NCBI GenBank assembly: GCA_965645245.1
Contig: OZ287077.1
Coordinates: 744,001-808,000, forward strand
Direction of reading: 5' to 3'
Length of the DNA stretch: 64,000 nt
Origin: Massalongia carnosa
Lineage: Eukaryota
Position 1 is the stretch's first letter, and each line of letters starts with the position of its first letter. Positions 39,413 through 49,640 of this stretch are shown one piece after another. The notes under the pieces were generated by a model. That model worked only from the letters and a program-made list of their open reading frames with translations, was not told where the DNA came from and searched no databases. The position numbers and the translations under genes are program-made.

Positions 39413-41608
39413 TCATTAAAATTTCCGACCCCTCGGGCCCTTACAACGATGGTCTCTTGGTCCTGTTGCCCGGTCGGTCGATGGTCCACACTATACACCG
39501 TTCGTGGTCCTTTATTGAATGAATCTTCCTCCATCTCCTCGCCCTATTAAAAATAATTGATAAGTGGCATTTTGACTTTTCGGTCAATTGCCTACTCAAG
39601 GGATCTCGCTCCTAAGCTAGGGTAGTAACCTTGTTGTGCAAGCAAGGCATAGACTAGAGCATCCCCGTTGGCAGGATGAATGCTCACCTTGAGGTCGATA
39701 TGGCCTATGAACCCATTCTCTTGAAAGCATACAGGATCGCGGAATTCAGTGGCCAGGTGAAGGATAAACCTATGTACCATGACTGCCTGCTCCTCAGCAT
39801 TGAAGTACAAAAAGGGGGCTATGGTAGTAATCCGACTGGACAATGGACCCTATTGAGAAGGGTAGAGGTATCAGTACAAGTAACAATCGTAGTACATCTA
39901 TATAAACGGCGTTCAGTGGTTTTATGAAGAGAACCAAGTGACTACTTACTTTGAAGCTGCGAAGAAATATATCTGAGATTTCGTTTGAGAGATTGTCTAT
40001 CTCCATTACCGATGGTTTATGATTATGACGTTGCGAAGAGTTGCAGAATGTCTCTATTGCTCTTCTCTGAAATTTGCCGCCAATACCCAAATGGTATTGC
40101 TGCAATCGCATTCCTAGAAAGAATTGCGGCGGTCGCTATATGTTCTTAAATTAAAAAATAAGTGCTGTACATGATACCAACAGGGAAATCATGTCCTCTC
40201 ACTTTGATCAAATATCTCAAGTAGGGACTGATGAACTGCCTCCGTCGTCTTGTCAAACTCATCAAGGAAAACTACTGTTCGCTTTCCTTTCTCACCAACC
40301 GGATGGTTATTTAGTAATGACCCTTTTTCTCATCCTTGATATGAAGACATCGCGCCAAACAAGTCTGTTTCACATTTCAGTCGTGTACAGTCAACAACGA
40401 TCGACTTGGCTGAAAGTAGTTCGCCCATTTGCAACGCGAGCTCAGTCTTTCCATGTCTTGGTGCGCCAGCGAATGCTATGACAAGAGGGTGAGGGCTTTT
40501 AAGACTTAGATAGCCACGCACAGCGGAGCATACAATGTCTGTGGCAACGTCCTGTCCGACCACCAAATATGGCATCGAAGATAAGCTAGATGTTTTTAGC
40601 CGTTGCGCGAGCTGAATTTTTCTTGCTTTGAGAGTCTTTCGTTTGGATGCTGTATGTAAAAGATACCTATGGGTTGGGCTCAGGCGTGCGGCCAGCACAA
40701 CCTCTAAAGCTAGAGTAAACCACCGCGTTCTCTGTGTAACGGCTCCTCTCATGGAATCCTCGGGGTTCTTCACTATATCCTCATAGATATTTGAAGGTAC
40801 AGTGTCTGCATCACATCCCAGACCCAAAACCGTGGCCACTACCTTCCATGACCGGAGATGATCCTCAAGGATTGTCCAGGCCAGAATTGGGACTGAATAT
40901 CGACCCACACTGTTCGGATTAACGCTCATCTCAACAAGTAGCCGCACGAGTTTGCAATCGTTTTCCGAAGCAGCATAGAATAGAGACGCAACCCCCTCAT
41001 ATTGTGTGTTGATATTGCAACGCACTTCGCCGGCATCACAAACGGACAGGTATTTTGCAATCCCAGAGGTTACCAAGGGCTCTACAATCGCACGGATAAG
41101 GTATTCGCCGGAGAAATGAAACTGGTTAGTAAGATGTTCAAGGGTGATGGCTGGACCTACAACTGCTGCAAGTCGGAGTAAAGTAAGGTCAAACCTCTCC
41201 CTAGGTGCATGGTCTATGGGTAACCCCGTTTCCGATTCATGAACTCGACTGCTAGAGGCACTCAAATCGTGTCTCTCAGATCCTTGGCTCTCTTCAGAAT
41301 AGCACATTGGGGATTCTATTCTGAATTAAGAAGCTGTAAGAGATCTTAAGGTTTCCAATATGACCTACGAATCCCATTATTTGTGCTTCCTGGTTTTGGT
41401 ACCACGTTTCCAGTTTCAAAGTGAGCATATTTGCAGGTACGCTAATTCTTCGTGCAACTGCCATCCTTCCAGAAGGGGTAAGTTTTCCTCCATGTGAGTT
41501 TGCTGCGTTTATCGATCTGCATAATATAGTTTGGGTGATTAGGGAGCCCGCTGAGGTTGTTGAGGGGAAAGCCAGGAAGTTAGTTTAATCTGTCGGTTCT
41601 GTGGCCAT
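39413..41608 (-). pseudogene. Pseudogene of a ClpB-like (AAA_2) ATPase with an ankyrin-like region and an N-terminal CCCH-like remnant
   Basis: Walker A remnant FAGAPRHGKT; stop at 40330-40332; Walker B VFLDEFDKT; DCSNTIWVLAAN; GARSLE*; several stops and frameshifts. Boundaries approximate. Confidence 0.75.
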
Positions 41609-43281
41609 GTGTAGATATAAAAGTTCTTAATAGTGGAACATGAGATTCGCTATTTAAGAAGCATCGATTGAAGCGAAGGATGATCAAGGGAAAATTCTTT
41701 TGAAAGGGTTAAGACACTGGCCGGATCGTGTGCAATAACAAAGGAGACCGAAAGATCTAGCAGTGTTATCAAGAACCTGTGTGCTCCAACGGTCACTAAA
41801 GCGTGCCAGACACGTTATACCCTGTATTTGTCAGAGAAGCATACAAACTCCGGCAATGCACCAACCCGGTGTATGTTAGCCAGAATATTTTCAAACAGCA
41901 AATGAGGTTGATGCATTTTTTATGGTCTGCCTGCTCTATCATTCTGAGACAATGCTACCACTAACTCTATGAACAATACCATTAACAAGTTCCATTTCAA
42001 AACACTGAAGTCTTGCCTAATTTAGTACGCCTGATGAATTCACTTAGGTTAGATCTTATCGAAGGAGAAAACCCCTAGATCGTCAAAGCCACGAACAGCC
42101 TAAAATGGAACTGAGTTGTCCCCAAAGTGACAGATAATATTACAACCCTTTCGTAAATGATAAAGTGTCATATTCCTCAACTGCTATTATGGTAACTCAA
42201 TTGGGCTTAGATACGAGGAAAAGCTATCTCTTGATATAAATGAGATAGAAACAAAGAAAACTACAAAAAGGCATAGCCCAAAATTCGTTGGCTACAGCAA
42301 GCTTTATATCTTTTTTGTTTTTTTAAAAAAAAAAAAAGGTTCTGGATGTGTTGGGCTGATGGAAAGAACGAGTCTGGATTTTTTGGTTTATTAGTTCGTC
42401 AACCTGAAATTGGGTTTATATGGATAAAGAGTTTAAACATCTCGAAAGCCATCAGAAAAGCCAAGCAACGGTTTAGGACAACAACGCAGGATTTCCAGAT
42501 GCTGCACAGAAGTGCTCAATAAGTAGCAAAGAATTCTGAAAGAATTTAGTGACTTCCGCCTTTTGTCCATTTCCCGAACCCGTTTAAGCTTAAAAATACT
42601 ATCTCACATCAGCCCTGAGACCAATGCTAGATGGCAGCGGGTATTTCAGGATAGTTTCAGAAGCAGCACCAGCAAGCCAATGGATCTCTTTCAGAACGGC
42701 AACTAAGCAGGATTCCCGGCGGAAATGCCAGGGGCGATCAGCAGATATTTTTACTCTTTGCGCCTCAGTGCCTCGTGCATTAACAAACAACTCTGCTCTT
42801 CAGAGTCAAGAATCTGATAACTCAAACTGATATTTCAGAACGATCGGACTTGAGAGATAACCACTGATAAAGTAGTGGAAAGAGTTGTGTATTTTTTTAT
42901 TTATAAAAGGTTTCTGGGGAGGGCAGTGCAAACACGTAGTAGCAAAGCCCTCTGCTCTGCCACTTGCATAACCGAGATTTCCGGAGCGTCCTTGTGTCCG
43001 TGTGTCCGTATCCACGCCTGTCCGTCGGTTCGTTGCTCTTCCGTCCTTCGCATTCACTTCCCAATTGGGAAGTACACATCGAAGATCTTGAATGGTAAAT
43101 CTCAACATTGTCGTCCATTTATTGCGCATTTTGCATCTTCAACGCCACCTACCTCTCCCATCGTGGTCATGGCTGCGTGCGTTTTGCTTTCACGATAACA
43201 TTGCTTAGCATCTTAACTTCCCGATTCCGATTCCGATTCCGTTCTATTGCGCTTAAGCATATTATCAAGCAGAACAGCATA

Positions 43282-45021
43282 ATGAGGGCTGTTCGCAAAG
43301 CGATGCCTGCGCTATATTTTATGCTCTTGATGTGTCTGTCGTTGATATCTGCTCAGGAACTTGGGCCAGCAAGCAATGATACACTCTCAGTGTCCAAGGA
43401 TCGCGAATTTGTGTTGATCACACCACAGGCGGGCATGATCGCTAAGCTCGTGGTCGACCCATTAACGGACGAAGCAGGCGCCGCAGGAAGCCTTGACCAG
43501 CTCAAGGTTAGTTCCTTATCGCCGCTATTTCTTTGTACCTGACAACTCTCTAGAAAATCGAAATTAAAGGGCGGTTGGTGCTCGCCAGCACTCCTGAAGC
43601 CGCGACTCAGGTGCAGCAAGGCAATATTGCTTTCATAAGCTGTGATCCAGAAAACTACCCTTTCAACATCGGAGCTGCTGGCACTATCACCGCAGCTGCC
43701 CAAGCGAATCCGGGCGCAATCGTTTTGTACAGCGTACATTCCACCCGCTGCTCGTTCAGTGCTACAAATGGTTTTACATATACCTCGCTGTACACAACTA
43801 CGGATTCCGATGCATCATCGAACATTGAGCATACGTTGGGAGCCAAACCATCTACGGGCGAAAACTCGAAGATTATCTTGGCTTCGATAGCAGCCAATGA
43901 CACGTCCGACAGTAACTTTACAAAGTCACCGACAACTGCGGTAGCCATGATTATCCTCTACAGCATTACCGGGATTATCACTGCACTTTTCTTGGTTATC
44001 ATTGTGGTTGGAGCGATCCGAGCTCATCGGCATCCAGAAAGATATGGCCCGAGACACATGGTAGGAAGACCAAGGCAAAGCCGAGCCAAGGGAATAGCGA
44101 GGGCAATGTTAGAGACATTGCCAATCGTCACGTTTGGAGGCAAAGAAGACAAGCCCGTCGCCCAGCCGAGTGATGTTGAACTCGGGTCGGCCGAGGCAAC
44201 CGCTCGCGGTGCTTTGCCTGAAGCGCAAGAACCGAGCGCCTCCGGTGCAGTTGGACCCGTCGAGGATGGAGTTGATCAAGGGCCGGAACATGTGAAGACA
44301 GAGACTGTTGAGGGGGCTACTGTTCCAGATGAGGGAAAGGCTGAGGATGGCATACACGCTGAAAGCGGATTGGCGTGCTCGGTCTGTACGGATGACTTTG
44401 TTAAAGGCCAGGATATTCGTGTCCTACCATGCAGTCACAAATTTCATCCGGAGTGTATAGACCCATGGCTTCTGAACGTTTCCGGCACTTGTCCATTGTG
44501 GTATGTACAAAAACTTTGTCTAGCTCCATCGTTTTCTAACTTCTCTTAGCCGAGTTGACCTCCGTCCTACGACCACCCAGCCAACAGGCTCCGATTATTC
44601 TGAATCCCCAACCAATCTCTCCACCTTCCCGTTTCACGAACCACGACACCAATATCGCAGTTCAATCCTCAACCCAGTAGGAACCATCACCTCCGCTGCG
44701 GGCTCCTCGCAAGGATCCGCTCCTCAACCCCACCGCCGCTCTCGCACCGGGCTTTCCCTCTTTCTCCAAAGCACTCTCAACAGGAGGCGTATGCGTGACG
44801 CCACCCCCGCAGAACGGATTGAAGCCCTCCGCACCGTGCGCACCGCGAATCGCGCCAGAGAATCGGAGTCAGATGCATCAACTGAACAGCGAGGCAGAAA
44901 CCGAATGAGCGCAAGGCTGAGCCGCGTTTTCAATTCATCCTCGAGGCCGCCCTCTGGGGTATCGAGCATCGTTGTTCCGACAGTGCCGGATCCAGCGGAT
45001 ATGCCAGAGAGGCCGAGATGA
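43282..45021 (+). CDS. PA-TM-RING-H2 type E3 ubiquitin ligase, 3 exons
   Basis: Signal peptide; IAFISCD luminal domain; TM segment; RING-H2 CSVCTDDF...LPCSHKFHPECIDPWL...CPLC completed across intron 44501-44549. Confidence 0.9.
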
Positions 45022-46050
45022 TATATTTTATAATCTTGGATATAGTCTTTATTTGTCAGTGCTGAGCACGGAGTGGAGGGTGGTTTCATTTTGGATAGAA
45101 TCTTTGACGTCAATTGGAGAAGGGGGCGCAAGCGACCAAGTGTGCATATATGGAATTGACAGTGAGGTAAATAAGCCGCATTTTGATTTTGAGTTCTATT
45201 TGGGAAGTGCAGGCGATATTCTACGATCCAATGACGGCGAAATGTGGGGTTTTATATTTTATGTAAATTTTAATTGAACTCCTGCCAAAGTCTTCAATAT
45301 CCCGCAGGCAAAGCAACCTTTTCAATTTTCTCTCAATAGGGGCTTCACTGAATTCAGCAAAGAATTTTTGGTGCTCGGTACAAATCATAGACTCTCGAAA
45401 TGAAGTCATGACATGACCGGAACTAATCTCCTAACCGCTTCCCAACTCCGGTCGGCGAAATGTCTATTCAGGGATAATTTGTTATAAATAGAAAACTTGG
45501 TCCGAGTGGTTATGGCGCAACATTTGGAAATCCTCGGCCGTTCAACGGAGATACTCAAAACCCTTTCTCAAGTATGAACAAATCAAAATCCAACTCGGGG
45601 TAATGACGAGATTAGTTAGGGATAAATTATCCAATGTCGGCTAACAGGATATGCAGCAAAATCCCAGGAAAGGTTAAGTTAAGCTTTAGTGAAATCCATG
45701 CAGGAGAGAGAAAATCTACCACCCTATCATTAGGCTAGCGCTAACAGGAATCGAATATTGAAAATGAAATAGAGGTAATCGTGCCACACCACCAGTAATC
45801 GTTTTCGCTTACTAATCGTCGGCTAGTCGCTCGCTTAATCCTCTCCCTCCAAGAAGCATTCGCTTCTAGTCGGGGAAAGCAAACTTCGTAGGAAAGCGAA
45901 GCTTCGTAGGCTCGCACGCGGGGGACAAAAAAAAAACTACACCAAAATTTAACCGGGTTCAACCCCCCACCAAAACACAAGCAATTTCCATACAATTTTG
46001 ATGGGATAATCACCATTTCAACAACCAGTCATCCAATTCATTCAATCTAT

Positions 46051-47136
46051 TCAATAACCAGTCATTTTACCCTCACCATCCAAAACAGCTCTCAATCTAT
46101 CTGGCATAGTAGACACCCGTTCATTGATAAATGCCTGGGAAACGTTCGCCCACCCCTCATAAATTAGCCCCTTGGTCGTATCATCATCCCAATGAGGATA
46201 TTTTTTTAAATATTGCTTCGGGGCCTGCCAGCAAGTTTCTATGGGGGCCAAATCAGGTGAACATGGACAGTTGAAATAGTGCTTCAGATCGTTGTTCTGC
46301 TTCCAAGTGCGTACAATGTTTGATTTGCCTGGTCCATGTCCAGAATCACCGTCTTCTTCTAAGACGAAATCGTGTTTTGCTTCAATCCAGGGCTTCACAA
46401 TAGGCTCCAATATAGAGTCGATATAGACTCGTTGACTCATCTTTCCATTGGAGTTTCCAGGAACTCTGTAAAAGTAGATATCTGACTTGAAGTCATGACC
46501 TGCAGCAGCCCAACAGTGATGTCTCTTCTTGACGGCCTCGTCTGGTTCATCTGCTTCTTGAATACAATCATGACAATAACGTTCACCTAATCTTCGTATG
46601 ATGCGTAATTTGCCCTGAGGTCCCCATCCAAAGTGCACTTCGTCACTAAATCGAACTTGTTTCCAGTCTTCTGCATTTGGATATCTAGAAAGCATAGCAT
46701 CTGACCACTTCATACGAAGCTTTCTTGTCTTCTCGTTCACCCATCCCTTTCTGCACGCAATGCATTTGTGATAATCCATGGTGCTCATGATTCGTTGAAT
46801 GGTTTTGCCACTGCAGTCTAGGCCTACTTCGAAGCCCAATTGCTCCCATGTAAGAGCGCGCGCCTCCATACCTTCTTCTTCCAATAGCCGTTCCATTTCT
46901 CTAATCAATTTAGGCGTAACAATTTTGTGACGCCCACGAGCTTCAGAAACATCGGAATTATTATGATGACGGCGTGATGAGGCTCCTTCACGCAGGTATG
47001 CATAGCCCCTCGTACGTTCCACATCAAATGTGCGAAAAACATCCTCTTTGTGATAAGAAATGCCTTGCTTTTCGCAAAATTCAACGGCTCCCTGAATTTT
47101 AGCTTTGGTAGGAGTCTCGATATGTTTAGAATTCAT
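46051..47136 (-). CDS. Tc1/IS630-superfamily transposase of element C, 361 aa, intact, DD37E
   Basis: MNSKHIETPTK...; FSDEVHF, LEEDGDSGHG, SPDLAPIETCW; 37 residues between the second D and the E. Confidence 0.92.
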   Translation of the reverse strand: MNSKHIETPTKAKIQGAVEFCEKQGISYHKEDVFRTFDVERTRGYAYLREGASSRRHHNNSDVSEARGRHKIVTPKLIREMERLLEEEGMEARALTWEQLGFEVGLDCSGKTIQRIMSTMDYHKCIACRKGWVNEKTRKLRMKWSDAMLSRYPNAEDWKQVRFSDEVHFGWGPQGKLRIIRRLGERYCHDCIQEADEPDEAVKKRHHCWAAAGHDFKSDIYFYRVPGNSNGKMSQRVYIDSILEPIVKPWIEAKHDFVLEEDGDSGHGPGKSNIVRTWKQNNDLKHYFNCPCSPDLAPIETCWQAPKQYLKKYPHWDDDTTKGLIYEGWANVSQAFINERVSTMPDRLRAVLDGEGKMTGY

Positions 47137-47145
47137 AATAATGAT

Positions 47146-49392
47146 TGATTGATTGATTGATTTATTCTTATTCCGATATGACACCGGCCGAAGGCCGGCC
47201 CATGCGGGCTGTCTATGTTTATCATACAAGGAAAACCCTTCTTGGGAATAAAAACCCCGTAGACTACGCACTACCTCCGGAGCCTCGCTGGCAACAGGCT
47301 GCTCTCTGTGATCGTTTTTCTTTAGAATCCTTGACGAAAATGAGAAGTTATATCTCGTATAACATTTGCGATGCTAGTGAGAACTGTGTTAACAAGTTTG
47401 CTTTTATTATCCATGCAGTTAGCTTTTTCAGCATTTTCGACGAACGCGTAATCGTCCGGTAGTCGTGGGTGCCCAATTGTCTGAGCAGCTCATATCTGCC
47501 TTCGATTAGTCTGCAGTGTAATATGATGTGTTTGGCAGTCTGTTTCTGCCAGCCACACGAGCAAGCTGGAGTCATAGCTCCCGGAACCCGACGATTGAAC
47601 AGGAAGTTTGCCAAACCTATTTTCTCAGTGCGGATTTGCGTGGTTAGCGCGCTTTCCGCCTTCATCAAGTTGTCATGAATCTTCAATCTAGTTCTGTTGA
47701 GTGGTCCGAGCTGTGCCTCTGTTGGGTAGGGAACGCGGTCCTGATACGCCTTCCACCTGGTCTCCCAACGCTCCTTGATTCGTACTGTAATGGTCTTTGC
47801 GTGCTTTCCGATAATTCGGCGTGCCGTGATGTATTTCTCGAGACGGACAGGGTCGGGTCCTGACCAGGGTCGGGGCGGCGGCGGTATTGCGGCTGGGGCT
47901 TCGTTGTTTAGCATCTTGCTGGCCCATTCGTGTTTTAAATCTCCTAGGGTGGGGCGTTGTATTCTTTTGCGTCCTGCCTTGCCTCGTAGCTTGTTCGCTA
48001 TTGTGCTGCAGGCAGTGGTGATCAGTTTCGCTTGCCCTGAGGCCCGTAGGCGGTATCTTGCTTTCATCTGCAGATGATCCAAGTGTAGCTCCATAGGGGC
48101 GATGAAAGTTTCCGCTTCGAGAACCTCGACGGGTGTTGCTTTAAACGCTCCTGCCACAGTGCGTAGGCATTTGTTCTGCATGACACTGAGTTTGGACATC
48201 GTGGCCTTGTTTTTCTTGATTTCCTTGGGCGTGTGCCACACGGCGCTTCCGTATGTCATTGCCGGGCGGACGACGGAGGTGTAGACCTGCCGGGCCTTTG
48301 CGAAGGATGCTCCCCAGGTGGATGCCGAGATTTTTGTGAGCGCTAGCGACTGCGACGTCATCTTTTCCTGCGTCTTCCGTATATGAGCTCCCCATTTTAG
48401 TTTTGTGTCGATTTGTAGGCCCAGTACTCTTATGTCCGTTTTTGGTTCAATCAGATTGGTTTCAATTTGAATAGTGGCCGTCATGTTGAATTTCTTTGGA
48501 TTTCTTGACAAATGAATGAGTTCATATTTATCCGGTGCAAATACGGAGCCATGCCGTGTCGCCCACAATTCGCATTTCCTGTGAATTCTTTCAAGAGTTC
48601 TGCAATTTTCTTCCGTGCTTTTACCGTATGCCAACACGTTTACGTCGTCTACGAATCCCAGCGCACTCGTGTTCGTGCCGGGTCTCTGGCATATCTCTAA
48701 TAGGTCCGCGTTGTAGAACAGATACAGAATAGGGGAAATGGGCGAGCCTTGAGGAATGCCCGTGCGCACTGCGAACTCCCCGGTTGCTCGCCGATTTATT
48801 GCTAATGTGGTTTTCCTATTCTCCAGAAAGCTTGCTGTCCAGTCTGTGATCCATTTCGGAATTTTCCTTTTCCGTAGATTGTGTATTAGCCTACGGTGAG
48901 ACACCGTGTCAAACGCACCTGCCACATCCATGCTGAGTAGGGTTGCCACCTTGTCGTTGCCTTGTCCCCATACGGTGTATACCTGTTCTGTGAGAAGCTC
49001 GAGTGCGGACTCGGTGGATCGCCCTCGCCGAGCACCCATTTGCGTGTCGGGCAAGAGCCGATGCTGTTCCGCTATGTGGGTGATTTTCTTTGCGATGACC
49101 GCTTCTAGAACTTTACCCATTGTGTTCAGGAGAGCTATGGGCCGATATGCCTTTGGGCTGGTGTTGTCTTTCTTTCCCGGTTTTTTGAGCGTTATCGTGT
49201 TCGCTCTTTTGAACTCGCGAGGATGATACGCTTGCGTGACGCACGCCTGAAATAAAGGGGTTAGCAATTCTGCTAGCTTTGTAGAGCATGCCTTGAGGAT
49301 TTTGTTGGTGATCCCGTCAGGACCCGGAGCCTTGTCGGACTTGAGGCATTGTATGTTTGCGATCACTTCGTTCTTTGTGATCATCATGGGAC
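47146..49392 (-). mobile_element. LINE1: 5'-truncated Tad1-like non-LTR retrotransposon inside element C
   Basis: 13-bp TSD TCATAATAATGAT at 47133-47145 and 49393-49405; (AATC)n tail; 3' hairpin motif at 47182-47208. Confidence 0.94.
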
Positions 49393-49396
49393 TCAT
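47348..49396 (-). CDS. Endonuclease-less LINE reverse transcriptase ORF, 682 aa, uninterrupted
   Basis: KAPGPDG, YRPIALLN, DVAGAFD, GIPQGSPISP, FVDD and C-terminal CSCG..H..C; ATG supplied by the upstream TSD copy. Confidence 0.88.
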   Translation of the reverse strand: MSPMMITKNEVIANIQCLKSDKAPGPDGITNKILKACSTKLAELLTPLFQACVTQAYHPREFKRANTITLKKPGKKDNTSPKAYRPIALLNTMGKVLEAVIAKKITHIAEQHRLLPDTQMGARRGRSTESALELLTEQVYTVWGQGNDKVATLLSMDVAGAFDTVSHRRLIHNLRKRKIPKWITDWTASFLENRKTTLAINRRATGEFAVRTGIPQGSPISPILYLFYNADLLEICQRPGTNTSALGFVDDVNVLAYGKSTEENCRTLERIHRKCELWATRHGSVFAPDKYELIHLSRNPKKFNMTATIQIETNLIEPKTDIRVLGLQIDTKLKWGAHIRKTQEKMTSQSLALTKISASTWGASFAKARQVYTSVVRPAMTYGSAVWHTPKEIKKNKATMSKLSVMQNKCLRTVAGAFKATPVEVLEAETFIAPMELHLDHLQMKARYRLRASGQAKLITTACSTIANKLRGKAGRKRIQRPTLGDLKHEWASKMLNNEAPAAIPPPPRPWSGPDPVRLEKYITARRIIGKHAKTITVRIKERWETRWKAYQDRVPYPTEAQLGPLNRTRLKIHDNLMKAESALTTQIRTEKIGLANFLFNRRVPGAMTPACSCGWQKQTAKHIILHCRLIEGRYELLRQLGTHDYRTITRSSKMLKKLTAWIIKANLLTQFSLASQMLYEI

Positions 49397-49640
49397 AATA
49401 ATGATAATTATCCCATCAAAATCGTATGTAAATTGCTTGTGTTTTGGTGGGGAGTTGAGCCCGGTTAAATTTTGGTGTAGTTTTTTTTTTGTCCCCCGCG
49501 TGGCTCGCAACGTTAAACCACCACCACATCACTAAAGCACCACCACATCATTTAAATTACTATTACATTTACTATCACATTATTATTTATTATCATATCG
49601 TTAAATTACTATTGCCGCTTTAATAAAGAGCTGAAACCTA

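Larger units (their letters stand above)
45915..49502 (-). mobile_element. Element C: Tc1-like DD37E transposon (1328 bp without LINE1), 96-bp TIRs, 5-bp TSD GCTCG
   Basis: TIRs CACGCGGGGGAC(A10)CTACACC... at 45915-46010 and 49407-49502 with 4 mismatches; GCTCG at 45910-45914 and 49503-49507. Confidence 0.92.

Noticed and set aside
45498..45560. tRNA A-box-like TGGTCCGAGTGGTTATGGCG
   Set aside because: No T-arm (GTTCRA) or acceptor stem could be built; the same applies to the copy near 61031.
47137..47271. N-terminal extension of the 406-aa transposase ORF
   Set aside because: Derives from the LINE1 3' UTR, tail and TSD; the native start is 47136.
49397..49510. N-terminal extension of the 720-aa RT ORF in the ORF track
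   Set aside because: Read-through of element C's TIR; the first plausible start is the ATG at 49396.
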